Positions 37,675 to 51,275 of a stretch of 64,000 nt of DNA are shown here, in pieces. Within the stretch, counting starts at the first letter, position 1; every line of letters starts with the position of its first letter. The position numbers and the translations under genes were made by a program. The DNA comes from Stegostoma tigrinum (lineage: Eukaryota): the NCBI RefSeq assembly GCF_030684315.1, contig NC_081400.1, positions 8,499,464 through 8,563,463 on the forward strand. Reading direction: 5' to 3'. Below the pieces are notes generated by a model. That model was not told the origin of the DNA. It saw only the letters and a program-made list of their open reading frames with translations, and searched no databases.

Positions 37675-39410
37675 GTAGTAGGAACTGCAGATGCTGGAGA
37701 ATCTGAGATAACAAGGTGTGGAGCTGGATGAACACAGCAGAATAGGCAGCATCAGAGGAGCAGGGAAGCTGATGTTTCGGGTCTGAACCCTTCCTCAGAA
37801 ATGTGGGAGGGGAAGGGTACTCTGAAATAAATAGAGACAGGGTAGGCAGTGATAGAAGGTGGATAGTGGAGCAGATAGGTGGAGAGTAGATGACAGGTCA
37901 AGGAGGTGGAGATGAAGCTAGTAGAGGTGAGTGTAGGTAGGATGTGGGGTAGGGGTTGGTCAGTGAGGTGGGGGGGCGGATAGGTAGGAGACAAGACGGA
38001 CAGGTCAAGAGGGCAGGGATGAGAGGGGGTCTGGTCTTGGGATGAGGTCGGGGTGGGGAGATTTTGAAGTTAATAAAGTCCACATTGAAACCATTGAGTT
38101 GTAGGGTTCCAAGGCGGAAGATGAGGTGCTGTTCCTCCAGTTTTTGGGTGACATCGTTGTGACTCTGGAGGAGGTCCAGGATGGACATGTTGTCCAGGAA
38201 GTGGGAGGGGGAGTTGAAATGGTCCGGGACTGGGAGGTGTTGTCATTTGTCACTAACTGAGCATAGGTGTTCCTCAAAGCAATCTCCGAGCCTCCGCTTG
38301 GTCTCCCCGATGTAAAGCAGGCCACATTGGAAATGGCGGACACAATAGACAACATTAATGGATGTGCAGGAGAATATCTGTTTAATGTGGAAGGTTTTGT
38401 CGGGGCCTGGGATGAAGGTGAGAGGGTGTGGGGTGTTACAGAATTCCCTTTGTTCTCATGTATCACACCATGAAACTCTGGATTCAGTGTATCATTCTCT
38501 GCCACTTCTGCCACCTGCAATCTGACCCCACTACAAAGGATATATTCCCTTCTCCACCCTTATCTGCATTCCAGACGGACCGCTCTCTCCGTGACTCACT
38601 TGTCTGCTCCACACTTTGCACTAGTACCATCACCCGAGGCACCTTATCCTGCAACCGCGGGAGGTGCTATGCCTGCCCCTATACTTCTCTCATCATTTAC
38701 ATCCCAGGCCCCAAGAAAACCTTCCACATTAAGCATATGTTCTCCTGCACATCTGCTTATGTGGTCTATTGTATCCACTGTTCCCAATGAGGCCTCCTCT
38801 ACATCAGGGAGACCCAACGGTGGCTCACAGACCACTTTGTGGAGCACCTACACTCAGTTTGTGACAAACGACAACTCCTCCCAGTTGTGAACCACTTCAA
38901 TTCCCACTCCCACTCCCAGCACAACATGTCCATCCTAGGCCTCATCCAGTGTCACAATGATGCCACCTGAAAACTGGAGGAACAGCAGCTCATATTCTTG
39001 GAACCCTACAACCCAATGTTCTTAACGTGGACTTTATGAACTTCAAATTGTCCCCAGCCCTGACCTCATCCCAAGACCAGTACCCCCTGTCATCCCTGCC
39101 CCCTTGACCTGTCCATCCTCTATCTCACATATCCGTTCCTCCCACCTCACTGACCAACTCCTACCCCCACTTCCTACCTACATTCATCTCTACTGGCTTC
39201 ATCCCCGCCCCCAAGATGTGACCGTCTTCTTTCCACCTATCTGCTCCATTATCCATCTTCTATCACCGCCTCCCCCTGTCTCTGTTTATTTCAGACCCCT
39301 CTTCACCTCCCTCATTTCTGAAAGAGGGTCTAGACCCGAAAGGTCAACCTTCCTGCTCCAGTGATGCTGCCTGGCCTGCTGTATTCATCCAGCTCCAAAC
39401 CTTGTTACAA
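37675..39410. mobile_element. Inverted pair of second-family Penelope 3' regions (- 37675-38430, + 38430-39410)
   Basis: GIY-YIG remnants (VVYCIHCSQ, KLEEQHLIFRLGTLQ.NG.NVDF). Hammerhead core ctgaggaagggttcagacccgaaacatc on minus at 37771-37798. Confidence 0.85.
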
Positions 39411-40239
39411 TTGATTGTGTGTTGGAATATAATTATTATGTGAAGAAAATGTCATTTATTTTATATCTCGTGTTGAAAATGTCGGAAAAAGCTTCACTTA
39501 AGCTCAGCAAATAAATCTCGGAGGGAAGGCTATAAATATTGTTGAACAATGCATGAAAAAATGGTAAGCACAGACTAACCCTACAAACATACACTTCATA
39601 GATCAATTCAATATTGACAATAAATGGACATGATGCACATTTCTTTGTTCATGAGCACTCGGGTATTGACCTCACTGATGTGACAAATTCAAAATTAACC
39701 AGATAATTGGGTACATAGTTCAAGAATTCTTCAGTGAATGCTCAAGTGAATCATCCAAAGCAATAAAAAGGAAAGTTAGATTGAATGTATTATCTCACAG
39801 TACATTCTTAGGTTGAGCCAAAACAAATGCTCAGGGAAATTGTGTATCAGCTATCCTGCTATAAGTGTTAAAAATGAGTTATTTTAATAAACTCATAATA
39901 ATACAATATGTTAATGGTCCTGCACTCCTTGCTAATGATCTGAAGGATTATGTTTCATACACCACTGTGAGGACTGCTGGAAATGAAAACATAATGTACA
40001 CTGTTATTACCAAAAATAAACTTAAAGGCAAAAACAGTGCAGCAGAGCTTATGAGAAGTTAAAAATTTCTCGATAACAGTCCACACAACAGGGCCTCAGG
40101 TTATTGGAAAGTGACGAGCATGGAGGAAGTTGTTCAAATTCTGAAATGATTATTTTAAATGTAGAGCCTGGAAGTTTGTAAAATACCTAGCTGCGAGATA
40201 ATATGCTATTCCTTCAGTTTACTTTCATCCTATCCGGAG

Positions 40240-41270
40240 AACTGCAACAAGCCTAAGATTGAAATGTTGGCATGGAAATATGGTGGTGTATTGAAGTAGT
40301 TGGCAACTGAAAGCTTGGGATCACTTTTACAGAAAGAGCAAAGGTGTTCACAAATCAATCATCCAATCTTCTACCCAGTGTAGCGGAGAAGGTACTGTGA
40401 GCAATGAATGCTGATTGATTGAGGTTGAGATAAATCACTGCTTCAATTGGAAAGTGTGCCTGGGGTCTTGAATCATGTGAAGGGAGGAGGTAAATGCACA
40501 AGTCTTGCACTATTTGCAGATGAATGTGAAAATGCTGAGGTGATAGTTTACGATTGGAGCAGGGTGTCCTAGAGAAAACGTTTCCTGTGAATACTGTTCA
40601 GTGACACAAGGGGGGAAAGAATCTGACAGTGGCTTCCTGCTGCAGGATCCTTTGGATGTGGAAGCTGCTAGGGCAGAAACAAAGGACTGGGGGACCCTGT
40701 CTTTGTGAGGTGTGTGAATGGAGTAAGGGCAGAAGTACAGGAAATAGGTTTAATATGGCTTGGGGCACTCTCAGCCATGGTGACAAGGAATCCTCTGTTG
40801 AGGAAAATGATGAACATTTTTGAGACTTCCTTTCAGAAGGTAGCATCAACAGAACAGATGTGATGTACATGGAGAAACTGGGATAATGTGAGGCTTGTCC
40901 TTACAGGAAGCAGCGTATGAGGATATATAGTCATGGTATCTCTGGGGTTAAGTTGGTTTGTTACAGAGCTCAGTGGCTGCATTATCCCTACAATCAAAAA
41001 CAAACTTGGGAAGTGAGCAGTCAGAGATGGATTAGGAGAAGCTGTGAGAAGGATAGAAATTGGAAACAAAATGTACAATGCTTTTTCAATCCTGGGTGAG
41101 ATGCAGTAGTGATAATGTCATCGATGGCTGCAGGAAGGGTTACTGGGAGTATCCTGAGTAGGACTGAGGTCACAGAGTTTTTCAGGTAACGCACAAAAGA
41201 CACTGATGTGGTCATGCAGTTAATCCTATCCACTCCTTTGTGCTGCATAAATGAGAGGAATTAAAGGTGA
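40240..41270 (-). mobile_element. Old Penelope-like fragment
   Basis: Weak similarity to the 24000-26960 family (SQFL, FHIQRI motifs). Confidence 0.5.
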
Positions 41271-42034
41271 AGACATTCAAATGAGCTCAGCCACTTGGAG
41301 AAGCACGGTGATGGATGGGTCAGTTCTCTCCATGAAGATACAAAGAGCCCTCAGACCGTCTTCCCACCACACTCCAGGTGAAAGAAACTCCTGAAACCTA
41401 TATCTCAGGTCTTTCACCTTTAAATTATACGCCATCACCTTGCTACTGATCCGACAACTAAGGAGAAAAGCTGCTTCATATCCTGTCAATGACTCTTGTA
41501 TTCTTATGCACCTCAATCAAGGCCCTTCTTTCCTTCTCTGCTTCAAAGAAAGCAATGCGAGCCTATTCAGCCTCTCTTTATACCCAAACTGCTCCAATCC
41601 TGACAACGTCCTGATTAATCAACTCTGCACCCCGTCTTGTTCAATAAAACCCTCCCTGTGGTAATACAATCAGAGAGTCACACTATGCTCCAGCTGTGGT
41701 CTCACCAAAGACTTGTAAACCTCCAACATATCCTCACTGTTCTTATGCTTTGGGAAAGGTGATGTGCAGCTGCTCTGTTACATTCGCTTATGGATATGAA
41801 CTGGAGTTGGTGCAAACTGAGAGCACATGTGGCGATGTGGTGGACAGTAGATTATGGAGAACAAACATTTACAAAAGGGAATTATTGCAATTGTAAGGGA
41901 GGCAAATGAAATTTTATGATGGGCCTTGTCGTGTTCGGAACCAAGTAGATATCATTGACCACGAGGTTGTCAATTGGCTTTGTTAACCTGGGCCAATCAG
42001 GAAGCCCTGGCTAACCAATATAAACAGGGGATGC

Positions 42035-42600
42035 CGTCTGTTTGTTTTTTGGACCATGTATGTGTTGGTTGTGGGGGCTAGCACTCCCTCTTCAGTTCAC
42101 AGAAAGACCTCCTTTTGTGTTTTTAGCTGCACTTCAGCCCCATGATCCTGATATTTAGGCACGCAGTGCAGAGGGGAGCAGGAAGATCTGTGGGTCTCCT
42201 CGCAGGTCTGCTCCTGGGTCTGGCAAAGCTGACCATTAATAGGTCCAGGCAACGGGCTGTTGAGGGCCTCATTATGGCCAACTGCCTGCTCTTTTTTCCA
42301 TGGCTATGTTTGTGCTCGTGTGTCCCTGGAGAAGGAGCGTGCAGTGTCCACCAATATTCTCAATATCTTTCAGGTGACGTGGGCACCACGGGGTGTGGAG
42401 CGCCTTATCTCCCCGTCCAATTCCATTTTGATTCAATCCCTACCCTCCCCCTCACTTTTTCTTTCATGTAGGCTTTGCCCCTAGGGGCTCTGCTTGATAC
42501 TCATTCTTTGATCACATGATGTTTTTTTTCCCCAGGTGGTGGTATGCTATTAAAGTTATTTGCACATCTGGTTTTTTTTTACTGTGTCTCACAACTGCAC
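42035..42600 (+). mobile_element. 3' fragment of a different Tx1-like LINE inside the LTR
   Basis: LIFRH...LLLGLAKLTINRSRQRAVEG...RVSLEKE resembles Tx1-type ORF2 C-termini. Confidence 0.6.
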
Positions 42601-43917
42601 ATGCCCAACAAGTGTGCTGAGGCAAATAAGCACTGCTGTATGGCAGTAGTGTAGGGGCTTTTAAGAAGAAAAATATGTAACCAGGAGATTAGAACCTCCT
42701 CAGTTGACTATGTGTTTGTGGCCACTACAATGTTTCCTGTTAAGGGAGAAGGAGAAGCTTCAGAAAAAAAAAAGTATAAACAGCGAATGTGGAATCTCCT
42801 CAGTTCATGGGATTTATTCCGAAGTGGCTGGCTACAGCCAGTGCATAGCGCACAAATAAATAAAGAATGAGCAGCTGGACAAGCACAGCAGGTCAATCAG
42901 TATCAAAGGAGCAGGAAAGTCAATGTTTCAGCCCAAAAGATTGCTTTCCCTGCTCCTCTGATGCTGTTTGACTTGCTGCATTTTTCCAGCATTACACCTA
43001 TAGACGCCGGCTTTCGGCATCTGCAATCCTTTTTGTCTCCAAGTAAATAAAAAGTGCCTTGGTAATGGGTTACCTACCTCAGTACAGTTATTTCAGTGGC
43101 AATGGGAGAAAGCAGTACGTGCCTGAAGAACATTCACTCACAACGGTCATCTTGGTGTGTGGTATGCATTCCTGGCATCATACCTTTATTTAGGAAGTTT
43201 GACTCATTTGATCCTGCCATCGAAGTTTTGGCTCAGTATGTGGAAAGAATATTTCTTTTTCCCCGGGTTAATGACTTTGATGCAGAAAGAAAGCAATGAG
43301 TAATCTTTCTGACTGCTTTCCGACCTGCAGCATTTTCAGTTATTAAGAGGTTCAATTTTTCCAGATGCACCAGACACCAAAACCATCCAACTGTTGACAG
43401 AGTTGCTTAAGGGAAAATAAACCCCACTTCGTCTAATTATGAGATGCAATCAATTTTGTTAGTCTGTTAGAGAACCTGGAGAGTTCGTGTAGGGAATTTT
43501 GATGAATTTAGGACAACAGGCATGTGATTTAGGGTTAACCCTGAATTAGATGTTGAGAGACCTTTTAGTATGTTGGATTAATAATGTAACCATGCAGAGG
43601 TCCAACTGCACTAAACATAGTCATGACAAATTGCTTTGACATTAAAACATGTGGCAAGTGGGACATGGGAACGACAAGGCATCCCAATGGAAGTGGATAA
43701 CCTTACCTCTCCAAATGAGCTTGGGGTACACCACCTCTGCAGTTATATGCAGAGCCTCATGCAGGACATATCCTGACCAGAAGGTTAGCCCATAGCAGAG
43801 CCTCACAACAAAACTGAGCCTTGGCCATGGGGCTAAAATGTTCTTCAGAATCTGGACCGGCCCGCCATTGTCGTTGCTGTCGTATGCAGACAGCAAAAGA
43901 GTCTTCCCACAAGATCT

Positions 43918-45506
43918 GACATGAGTAAGAAAAGGTTAGATGGACTTGAGATTGGTATGACAGGTCGCACAACATCGAGGGCCGAAGGGCCTGTACTGTG
44001 CTGTAATGTTCTATGTTCTATGTTCTATACTTTCCAACAACCAGCTTAAAACTATGACCCCTCGTGCTAGCCATTTCTGCCCTGGGAAATAGTCTCTGGC
44101 TATCAACTCTATCTATGCCTCTCATTATCTTGTATACTTCAATTAGGTCCCCTCTCCTCCTCCTTTTCTCCAATGAAAAGAGACCGAGCTCAGTCAACCT
44201 CTCTTCATAAGATAAGCCGTCCAGTCCAGGCAGCATCCTGGTAAACCTCCTCTGAACCCTCTCCAAAGCATCCACATCTTTCCTATAATACGTCGACCAG
44301 AACTGGACGCAGTATTCCAAGTGCAGTCTAACCAAAGTTTTATAGAGCTGCAACAAGATCTCACGACTCTTAAACTCAATCCCCCTGTTAATGAAAGCCA
44401 AAACACCATATGCTTTCTTAACAACCCTGTCCAATTGGGTGGCCATTTTAAGGGATCTATGTATCTGCACACCAAGATCCCTCTGTTCCTCCACACTGCC
44501 AAGAATCCTATCCTTAATCCTGTACTCAGCTTTCAAATTCGACCTTCCAAAATGCATCACCTCACATTTATCCAGGTTGAACTCCATCTGCCACCTCTCA
44601 GCCCATCTCTGCATCCTGTCAATGTCCCGCTGCAGCCTACAACAGCCCTCTATACTGTCAACGACAACTCCAAACTTTGTGTCGTCTGCAAACTTGCTGA
44701 CCCATCCTTCAATCCCCTCATCCAAGTCATTAATAAAAATTACAAACAGTAGAGGCCCAAGGACACAGCCCTGTGGAACCCCACTCACCACTAACTTCCA
44801 GGCAGAATATTTTCCTTCTACTACCACTCGCTGTCTTCCGTTGGCCAGCCAATTCTGTATCCAAACAGCTAAGTTCCCCTGTATCCCATTCCTCCTGACC
44901 TTCTGAATGAGCCTACCATGGGGTACCTTATCAAATGCCTTACTGAAGTCCATATACACCACATCCACAGCTCGACCCTCATTAACCTTTCTAGTCACAT
45001 CCTCAAAGAACTCGATAAGGTTTGTGAGGCATGACCTGCCCCTCACAAAGCCGTGTTGACTGTATTTGATCAAGCCATGCTCTTCCAGATGGTCATAAAT
45101 CCTAACCCTCAGAATCCTTTCTAACACCTTGCAGACGACAGACGTGAGACTTACTGGTCTGTAATTGCCGGGGATTTCCCTATTTCCTTTCTTGAAGAGA
45201 GGAATTACATTTGCCTCTCTCCAGTCCTCAGGTACGACTCCAGTGGAGAGCGAGGATGCAAAGATCTTCGCAAGTGGCGAAGCAATTGCATTTCTCGCTT
45301 CCCAAAGCAGCCGAGGACAAATCTGCTCCGGGCCTGGTGACTTGTCAATCTTAATGTTTGACAAAATATTCAGCACATCAGCTTCCTCTATCTCTATCCA
45401 TTCCAGCATGCACACCTGCTCTTCAAAGGTTTCATTCACTACAAAGTTCGTTTCTTTCGTAAAGACAGAAGCAAAACACTCATTTAGGGCTTCCCCTACC
45501 TCCTCA
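43918..45506 (-). mobile_element. Young CR1 insertion with an open RT region (ORF 44018-45532) and an inverted 3'-terminal piece (about 43918-44020, +)
   Basis: NYRPVSLTSV, DFSKAFDKVPH, GVPQGCVLGPLLF and KFADDTK in a 504-aa ORF without stops. Confidence 0.93.
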
Positions 45507-46919
45507 GAAGCCTGTGAAGCCTGATAGCTCAATTTGCTTTTGTGGAGATTTTAAGCAAACAGTAAACCACTTCTCACAGCTGGAACAATACACAATCCCT
45601 CCCTTACAGGACTTGTACACAAAGTTAGGTGGGGGGGGGGGGGTGAGTGGGGTGAGGCGGGGGAATTCCTGTAAATTATGGAGCTGTACATGAACCATGC
45701 CTGCTTGCAATTGGGGCTGGATGAGGAGCCCTAGAAGTAAGCAACAATTAACATCTATATGGGTTTGTATTAATATACAAGACTACCAGTTAGAGCATTA
45801 TTAGGCTGCGTCCTTTTCCATTGCACTATGTAGAACATTTTACAGGCTACCCCAGTTGCCATTTATCTGGGTAATGTGCTAATAACCAAGAAGACCAATT
45901 CGGGGTTCTTGGAGAATTTGAATATAGTGCTTAAACATTTCTCCCAGGTGAGATTAAGCCTTAGAAAGGAAAATTATGTGGTCCAAACACCCAACGTCCT
46001 CTACTTAGGGTATAGAGTAAGCAAGACCGGGTTACACTCATTGGAGGTTAAAGTGAGGGTAGTCAAAAGAGCCCCGCTCCCACGTCTGTACCAGAACTTA
46101 GGTCTTTCCTCGGGTTAGTGAATTATTATAGAAAAGTCATGCATAATTTGGCCTCCATCTTGGCTTACACTTGCTATTGATAAAAGATCACCCTTTGAAG
46201 TGGTCGCAAAGCCAAGTAGTAGCCTTGAGGGGAGTAAAGAAACAGCTATCATCGTCTAAGATGTTGACCAACAATGATCCGAAGCAAGAGGTAGCATTGA
46301 CATATGGTGCCTCCCTATACGGTATTGGGTTAGTATTGGCTCACTGTTGGCCCAATGGAAAGGAACGCCTAATAACGTATGCTTCGCAAGCTTTGGTTGA
46401 TGGTGAACGCAAATCTGCGCATATAGAGAAGGAAGATTTGGCACTTATCTTTGATGTGAGGATGCTCCACCAGTATATTTTCGGTCAAGAATTTGTCATA
46501 GTAACAGATCACAAACTCCTGTTAGGGCTACTGAAGGACAAAAAGGCACTGCCACCCATATTTTCCGTTAGAATTCAGTGGAGGGCCCTTATTCTCAACG
46601 CGTACAAGTACAAGCTAGAATACTGTCCAGGAAGACAAGTAACTAATGTGGATGCCCTGGGCCGCCTCCCATTGGTAGATACCGGACCAGCAGTGCTTCC
46701 CCTGGAACAGTTGTTCTGTATTTAAACTTCCTGACACTCTTCTGGTCCCCGCTGACAATATCTGACTGTGGACACAAAATGATCTTATCCTCACAAAACT
46801 AAAACAGTTGGTGGCAATGAGGGAGGAAGAAGATCCACAACAAACAGGACTGAAACCTTTATGGACCCTGCAAGAGCAGATGATCGTACAGGATACTTGC
46901 CAAAAGCATAAAGAAAAGC

Positions 46920-48834
46920 AGTCCCGGCATATACCAGAGAGAAGAGAATTCCCTCTCTGTATCATAGAGAACATCTGTCCCTGCCTATAGAATCATGAAC
47001 AGCAGTATCTGCCTATGGCATAGACAACCTCAGTTCCTGCCTATATTATGGTAAACAGCAGTTTGTTTGTATACTGAAGAGAACAGCGCCCTTACCTATA
47101 TCATAGAGAACAGCAGTCATTTTCTGTATCATAGACAACAGCAGCCCCTGCCTAAATTATACAGAACAGTAGTCCTTGTCTATATCATAGAAAACAGTGA
47201 TCCCTATCTATATCATAGAGAATGGCAGTCCCTGCCTATATCGCAGCGGACAGCAGTCCCTGTCTGTATTTTTGAGAACAGCAGTCCCTGTGGATATTAA
47301 AGAGAATGGCAGTCACTGTGTATATCACTGGGAAAAGCAGTCCTTGTCTTTCTGATAAGGAATGGCAGTCCCTGTCTACAGCATAGAGAACAGCAGCCAC
47401 TGTGTACATCACAAAGAAGAGCAGATTCTGTTCAGAACATCTATCTCTGCCTATATCACAGAGAAAAGCAGCCCCTGCCTATTTCATAGAGAACAGCAGT
47501 CCCTGCCAATATCATAGAGGACAGCAGTCTACGTGATATCATGGAGGACATCAGTCCCTGTCTGGTGAACAGTATGACCAGTGTATATTACAGAGAACAG
47601 CCTTCCTGTCTATATCATGAAAAATAGCAGCCACTGCCTATATTATAGAGAACAGCAGTGCTTTCTTATTGCACAGACAACATCAGTCCCTGACTATATC
47701 ACAGAGAAGAGCAGTCCCTGTATCTATTACATGGAATAGCAGTTGCTGTGTGGATGGGAGAGACATCAGTCCTGATCTACATTAGAGAGAACCACAGTAC
47801 CTGTCTACATAGAATGAACAGCAATCCCTACCGGTATCATAGCAAACAGCAGTCCCTGCCTATATCATAGAGAACAGGAGTCCCTGCCTTTATCATGGAG
47901 AGCAGAAGTTTCTGGCTATATCATAGAGAACAGGAGTCCCTGCTTATATTATCGGCAACAGGAGTCCCTGAGGTTGTAGACATGCTTGCCAAACTGGTGA
48001 GTTTGGTTGCAAACATTTTGTCATACCTACTGGTATCATAGAGAACTGCAGTCACTGCATTTATTATAATGAACAGCAGTCGCTGTCAATATGATAGTGA
48101 ACAGCACTTGCTGTGCATATGACTGAGAACAGCCTTCCCTCTCTATATTATCGAGAACAGCAGTCCTTGTGTATATTACAGAAAATGGCATTCACTGTAC
48201 ACCATAGGAAGAGCAGTCGCTGCATACATCACAGAGAACAGGAGACCCTGTTTAGAATATATATAACTGGAGTCCCTGTCTATTTCATAGACAACTGCAG
48301 TCCCTGTCTATATTATAGAGAACAGCAGTCCTGGCCTGTGTGAGAGGGAACTGTAGTCCCTCTGTATATCATAGAGAACAGCAGTTACTCTGTATATCAT
48401 AGGTAACAACAGTTGCTGAGTATATCAGAGAGAACAGCAGACCATGTATGTACTATACAGAATCGCAATACCTGTCCGTATCATAGCGAACAGCAGACCT
48501 TGAGTATAGCAAAGAGAACAGCAGTGTCTGCCTGTAGCATAGAGAACAGCAGTCCCCACACATATCGTAGCGAACAGCAGTCCCTGCCTATATCATGGAG
48601 AGCAGCAGTCCCTGCCTACATCATAGCAAACAGCAGTCCTGCCTATATCATAGCGAACAGCAGTCCCTGCCTATATCATAGCGAACAGCAGTCCTGCCTA
48701 TATCATAGCGAACCGCAGTCCCTGCCTATATCATAGCGAACAGCAGTCCCTGCCTATATCATAGAGAACAGGAGTCCCTGCCTATACCATGGAGAGCAAC
48801 AGTCTCTGCTTATATCAACGGCAACAGGAGTCCC
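46920..48834 (+). repeat. Degenerate 28-bp tandem satellite (TATATCATAGAGAACAGCAGTCCCTGCC)
   Basis: Units are most homogeneous at about 48560-48790 and diverge leftwards. Confidence 0.9.
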
Positions 48835-49600
48835 TGAGGTTGTAGACATGCTCGCCGAACTGGCGAGTTTGGTTGCAAACATTTTGCCACCCTGCCAGGT
48901 AACATCATCAGTGCACCCCTAGTGAAACATCAACATCTGTCCCGCTTGTTATTTTTGTGCCTTGGTTTGCTGGGGTGATTTGCATTACTTCCGGTTTCGT
49001 TTCTCTGTGGTTTGTACACAGGATCAAATTCAATGTGTTTGTTAATGGAGTTGCAGTTGGAATACCAGACCTCCAGGAATTGCCTGCATGTCTCTGTTTG
49101 GCTTATGTGATTATTGATATGCTTTCCCAGTCAAATTTGTGTCCCTCATTGTCCATGACTAGTGAGGCAAGTAAGAATTAGTCATGTCTCTTGGTGGCTA
49201 GTTGATGTTCATGTATCTGCATAGTCAATTTTCTCCCTGTTTGGCATTTGTAATGTTTCCTCACAGTCCTTGCATGGAATTTTGTATAATACCCTAGTTT
49301 TGCCAATTTTTGGTATGGGATCCTTGACGTTAAGCAATAGGTGTCACAAGGTGGTTGCCAGTTTGTAGGCTAAACTGATACTGAGGAGTCTATGTAGTCT
49401 TGTGGCCTTCTCTGAAGACCACAACAGGAAGGCACAACACTACCAAAATGACTTATCACCCTACCATATGTCAAGGACATTTCAGAGATGACCACAAGAC
49501 TCCTTAGGCCCCTAGGTATCAGAATGGCCCACAAACCAACAACCACCTACAACAGCTATTGGCGAATGTAAGGGATCCCAGATCCAAAACAGGCAAAACT
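48835..49600. mobile_element. Older Penelope fragments in inverted arrangement (- to about 49420, then +); terminus resumes at about 50210-50322
   Basis: LPYVKDISEMTTRLLRPLGIRMAHKPT matches ORF 8977-9417. Confidence 0.8.
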
Positions 49601-50209
49601 GTTGTTCCCTGTGCTACAGGCAGGGACTGTTGTTCTCTATGATTTGGAGAGGAAATGCTGTTCTCTGTAATATACACAGGCACTGCTGTTCTCTATAACA
49701 TTCACAGGGAATGTTGTTCTCTATAATATACATAAGGACCATTGTTTTGTACAATATAGACAGGTACTGCCAATTTCTACGATATAGTCAGAGAATCCTG
49801 TTGCCTATGATACAGACAAGGACTCCTGTGATATAGACAAGGACTTCTGCTGCTGATGAGATAGGCAGGGACTACTAGTCTCCACAATGTAGGCAGGGAC
49901 TGCTGTTCTTTATGATACAGATGGGGAGTGCTGTTCCTTACAATATAGACAAGGACTGCTATTCTGTACAATATAGAAAGGGACTATAGTTCAAAAGACT
50001 GTTGTTGTCGATGACTCCTGTTACCTATGATAAGAGCCAGGGATTCTGCTTGCCAATGACATGCGGAGGGACTCCTGTTGCCGATGACATAAGCGGGGAT
50101 TCCTGTTCTCTATGATATAGGCAGGGACTGATGTTCTCAGGAGCACACAAAGTGTCTGCTGTTCTTTATGATATAGACAGGGACTACTGTTCCCTCTGAT
50201 ATAAGCAGC
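49601..50209 (-). repeat. Same 28-bp satellite in the opposite orientation
   Basis: gcagggactgctgttctctatgatata-like units on +. Confidence 0.85.
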
Positions 50210-50469
50210 ACAAGTCAACAACACTTCACAGGAGGCTCCACAGCACTGAGGGTGTCACCTAGTGAGGGGAAAAAAACATCTGCTATCAAACCTCCCGGCT
50301 TGGCAAACACACCAACATCTACAGTCTGTAGAGAGGGGATTTCAAATCTCCTCAGTTCAAAGGAACGACTCAAAGGTGGCTGGCCATAGCCAGTGTACCA
50401 TTACAAGTATGGTGACTTAGTGATGGGATACCAACTTCTGTGCAGTTATTTCAGGTCTAGAGTGCAGAC

Positions 50470-51275
50470 AGGAGAGAATTAGTATGAGCAAGAAGATTTA
50501 CAGCAACAACTAGATGAAGAAATCGAATGGAGATTCAAGTGTGAGGTGTTTATTGCAGGACCCTGAACAGCACTGATATACAGCGGGATGTTGGTGTCCC
50601 AGTCCGTAGCTCGATGAAAGCGACCACATAAGTAGATAAGGTGGTAAAGAGAGCCTTAATTGGTCAGTGCATTGAGTACAAGAGTCAATGTGTGTTTGGA
50701 TAGACCATACTTAAAGTATTACATTCAATTCTGGTCACCACATTACAGGAGGGTGTGAAGGCTCTGGAGAAGGTGAAGATGGGGTTTAACCAGGATACTG
50801 CCTGGTTTAGAAGTTATGAGGTATAAGAAGAGGTTGGATAAGCAAGGGTTGTTTTCTCTAGAGCAGTGGAGGCTGAGGGAACAACTGATAGAAGTTTATA
50901 AAGGTATGAGGAGCATAGATATGGTTAACAGTCAGAATTTCTTTATTTTCACTCCAGAGTTGAAATGTCTTATATTCGGCAGCATGCATTTAAATTAAGA
51001 CGAGAAAACTTCAAACGGTTCAGGTTAATGGGGGATGATGTGAGGGCCAAATATTTGTTTTTCACACAGAGAGTGGTAGGTGCCTGGAAAGCGCTGCCAT
51101 GGTTAGTGGTGGAGGCAGATACGATAGGGGCATTGTTTATGAGTAAACAATGAATAAAAGGATATAGAGCATTGGCACATAAAGGGCTTAATTTAATTTG
51201 GTGTCACGTTCAGCACATCATCTTGGGCCAAAGATTTTGTTCCTGTGCTGTAGTGTTCCGTATTCTATATTCTAC
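50470..51275 (+). mobile_element. Decayed CR1 3' part
   Basis: RYKKRLDKQGLFSLEQWRLREQLIEVYK and FFTQRVVGAWKALP. Confidence 0.85.

Larger units (their letters stand above)
41930..50453 (+). mobile_element. Decayed Gypsy LTR retrotransposon with nested insertions
   Basis: 5' LTR ends agttatttca (43095) before gtggc. Gag PLFRKFDSFDPAIE...QYVER. RT GDFKQTVN at about 45545. RNase H ASLYGIGLVL, IEKEDLALIF, VTDHKLL (46171-46725). Partial second LTR at about 50340-50453 ending gttatttca. Confidence 0.75.

Noticed and set aside
46920-48834. CRISPR-like periodicity and short ORFs in the 28-bp array
   Set aside because: No unique spacers, no cas genes, eukaryotic context; it is a plain satellite.
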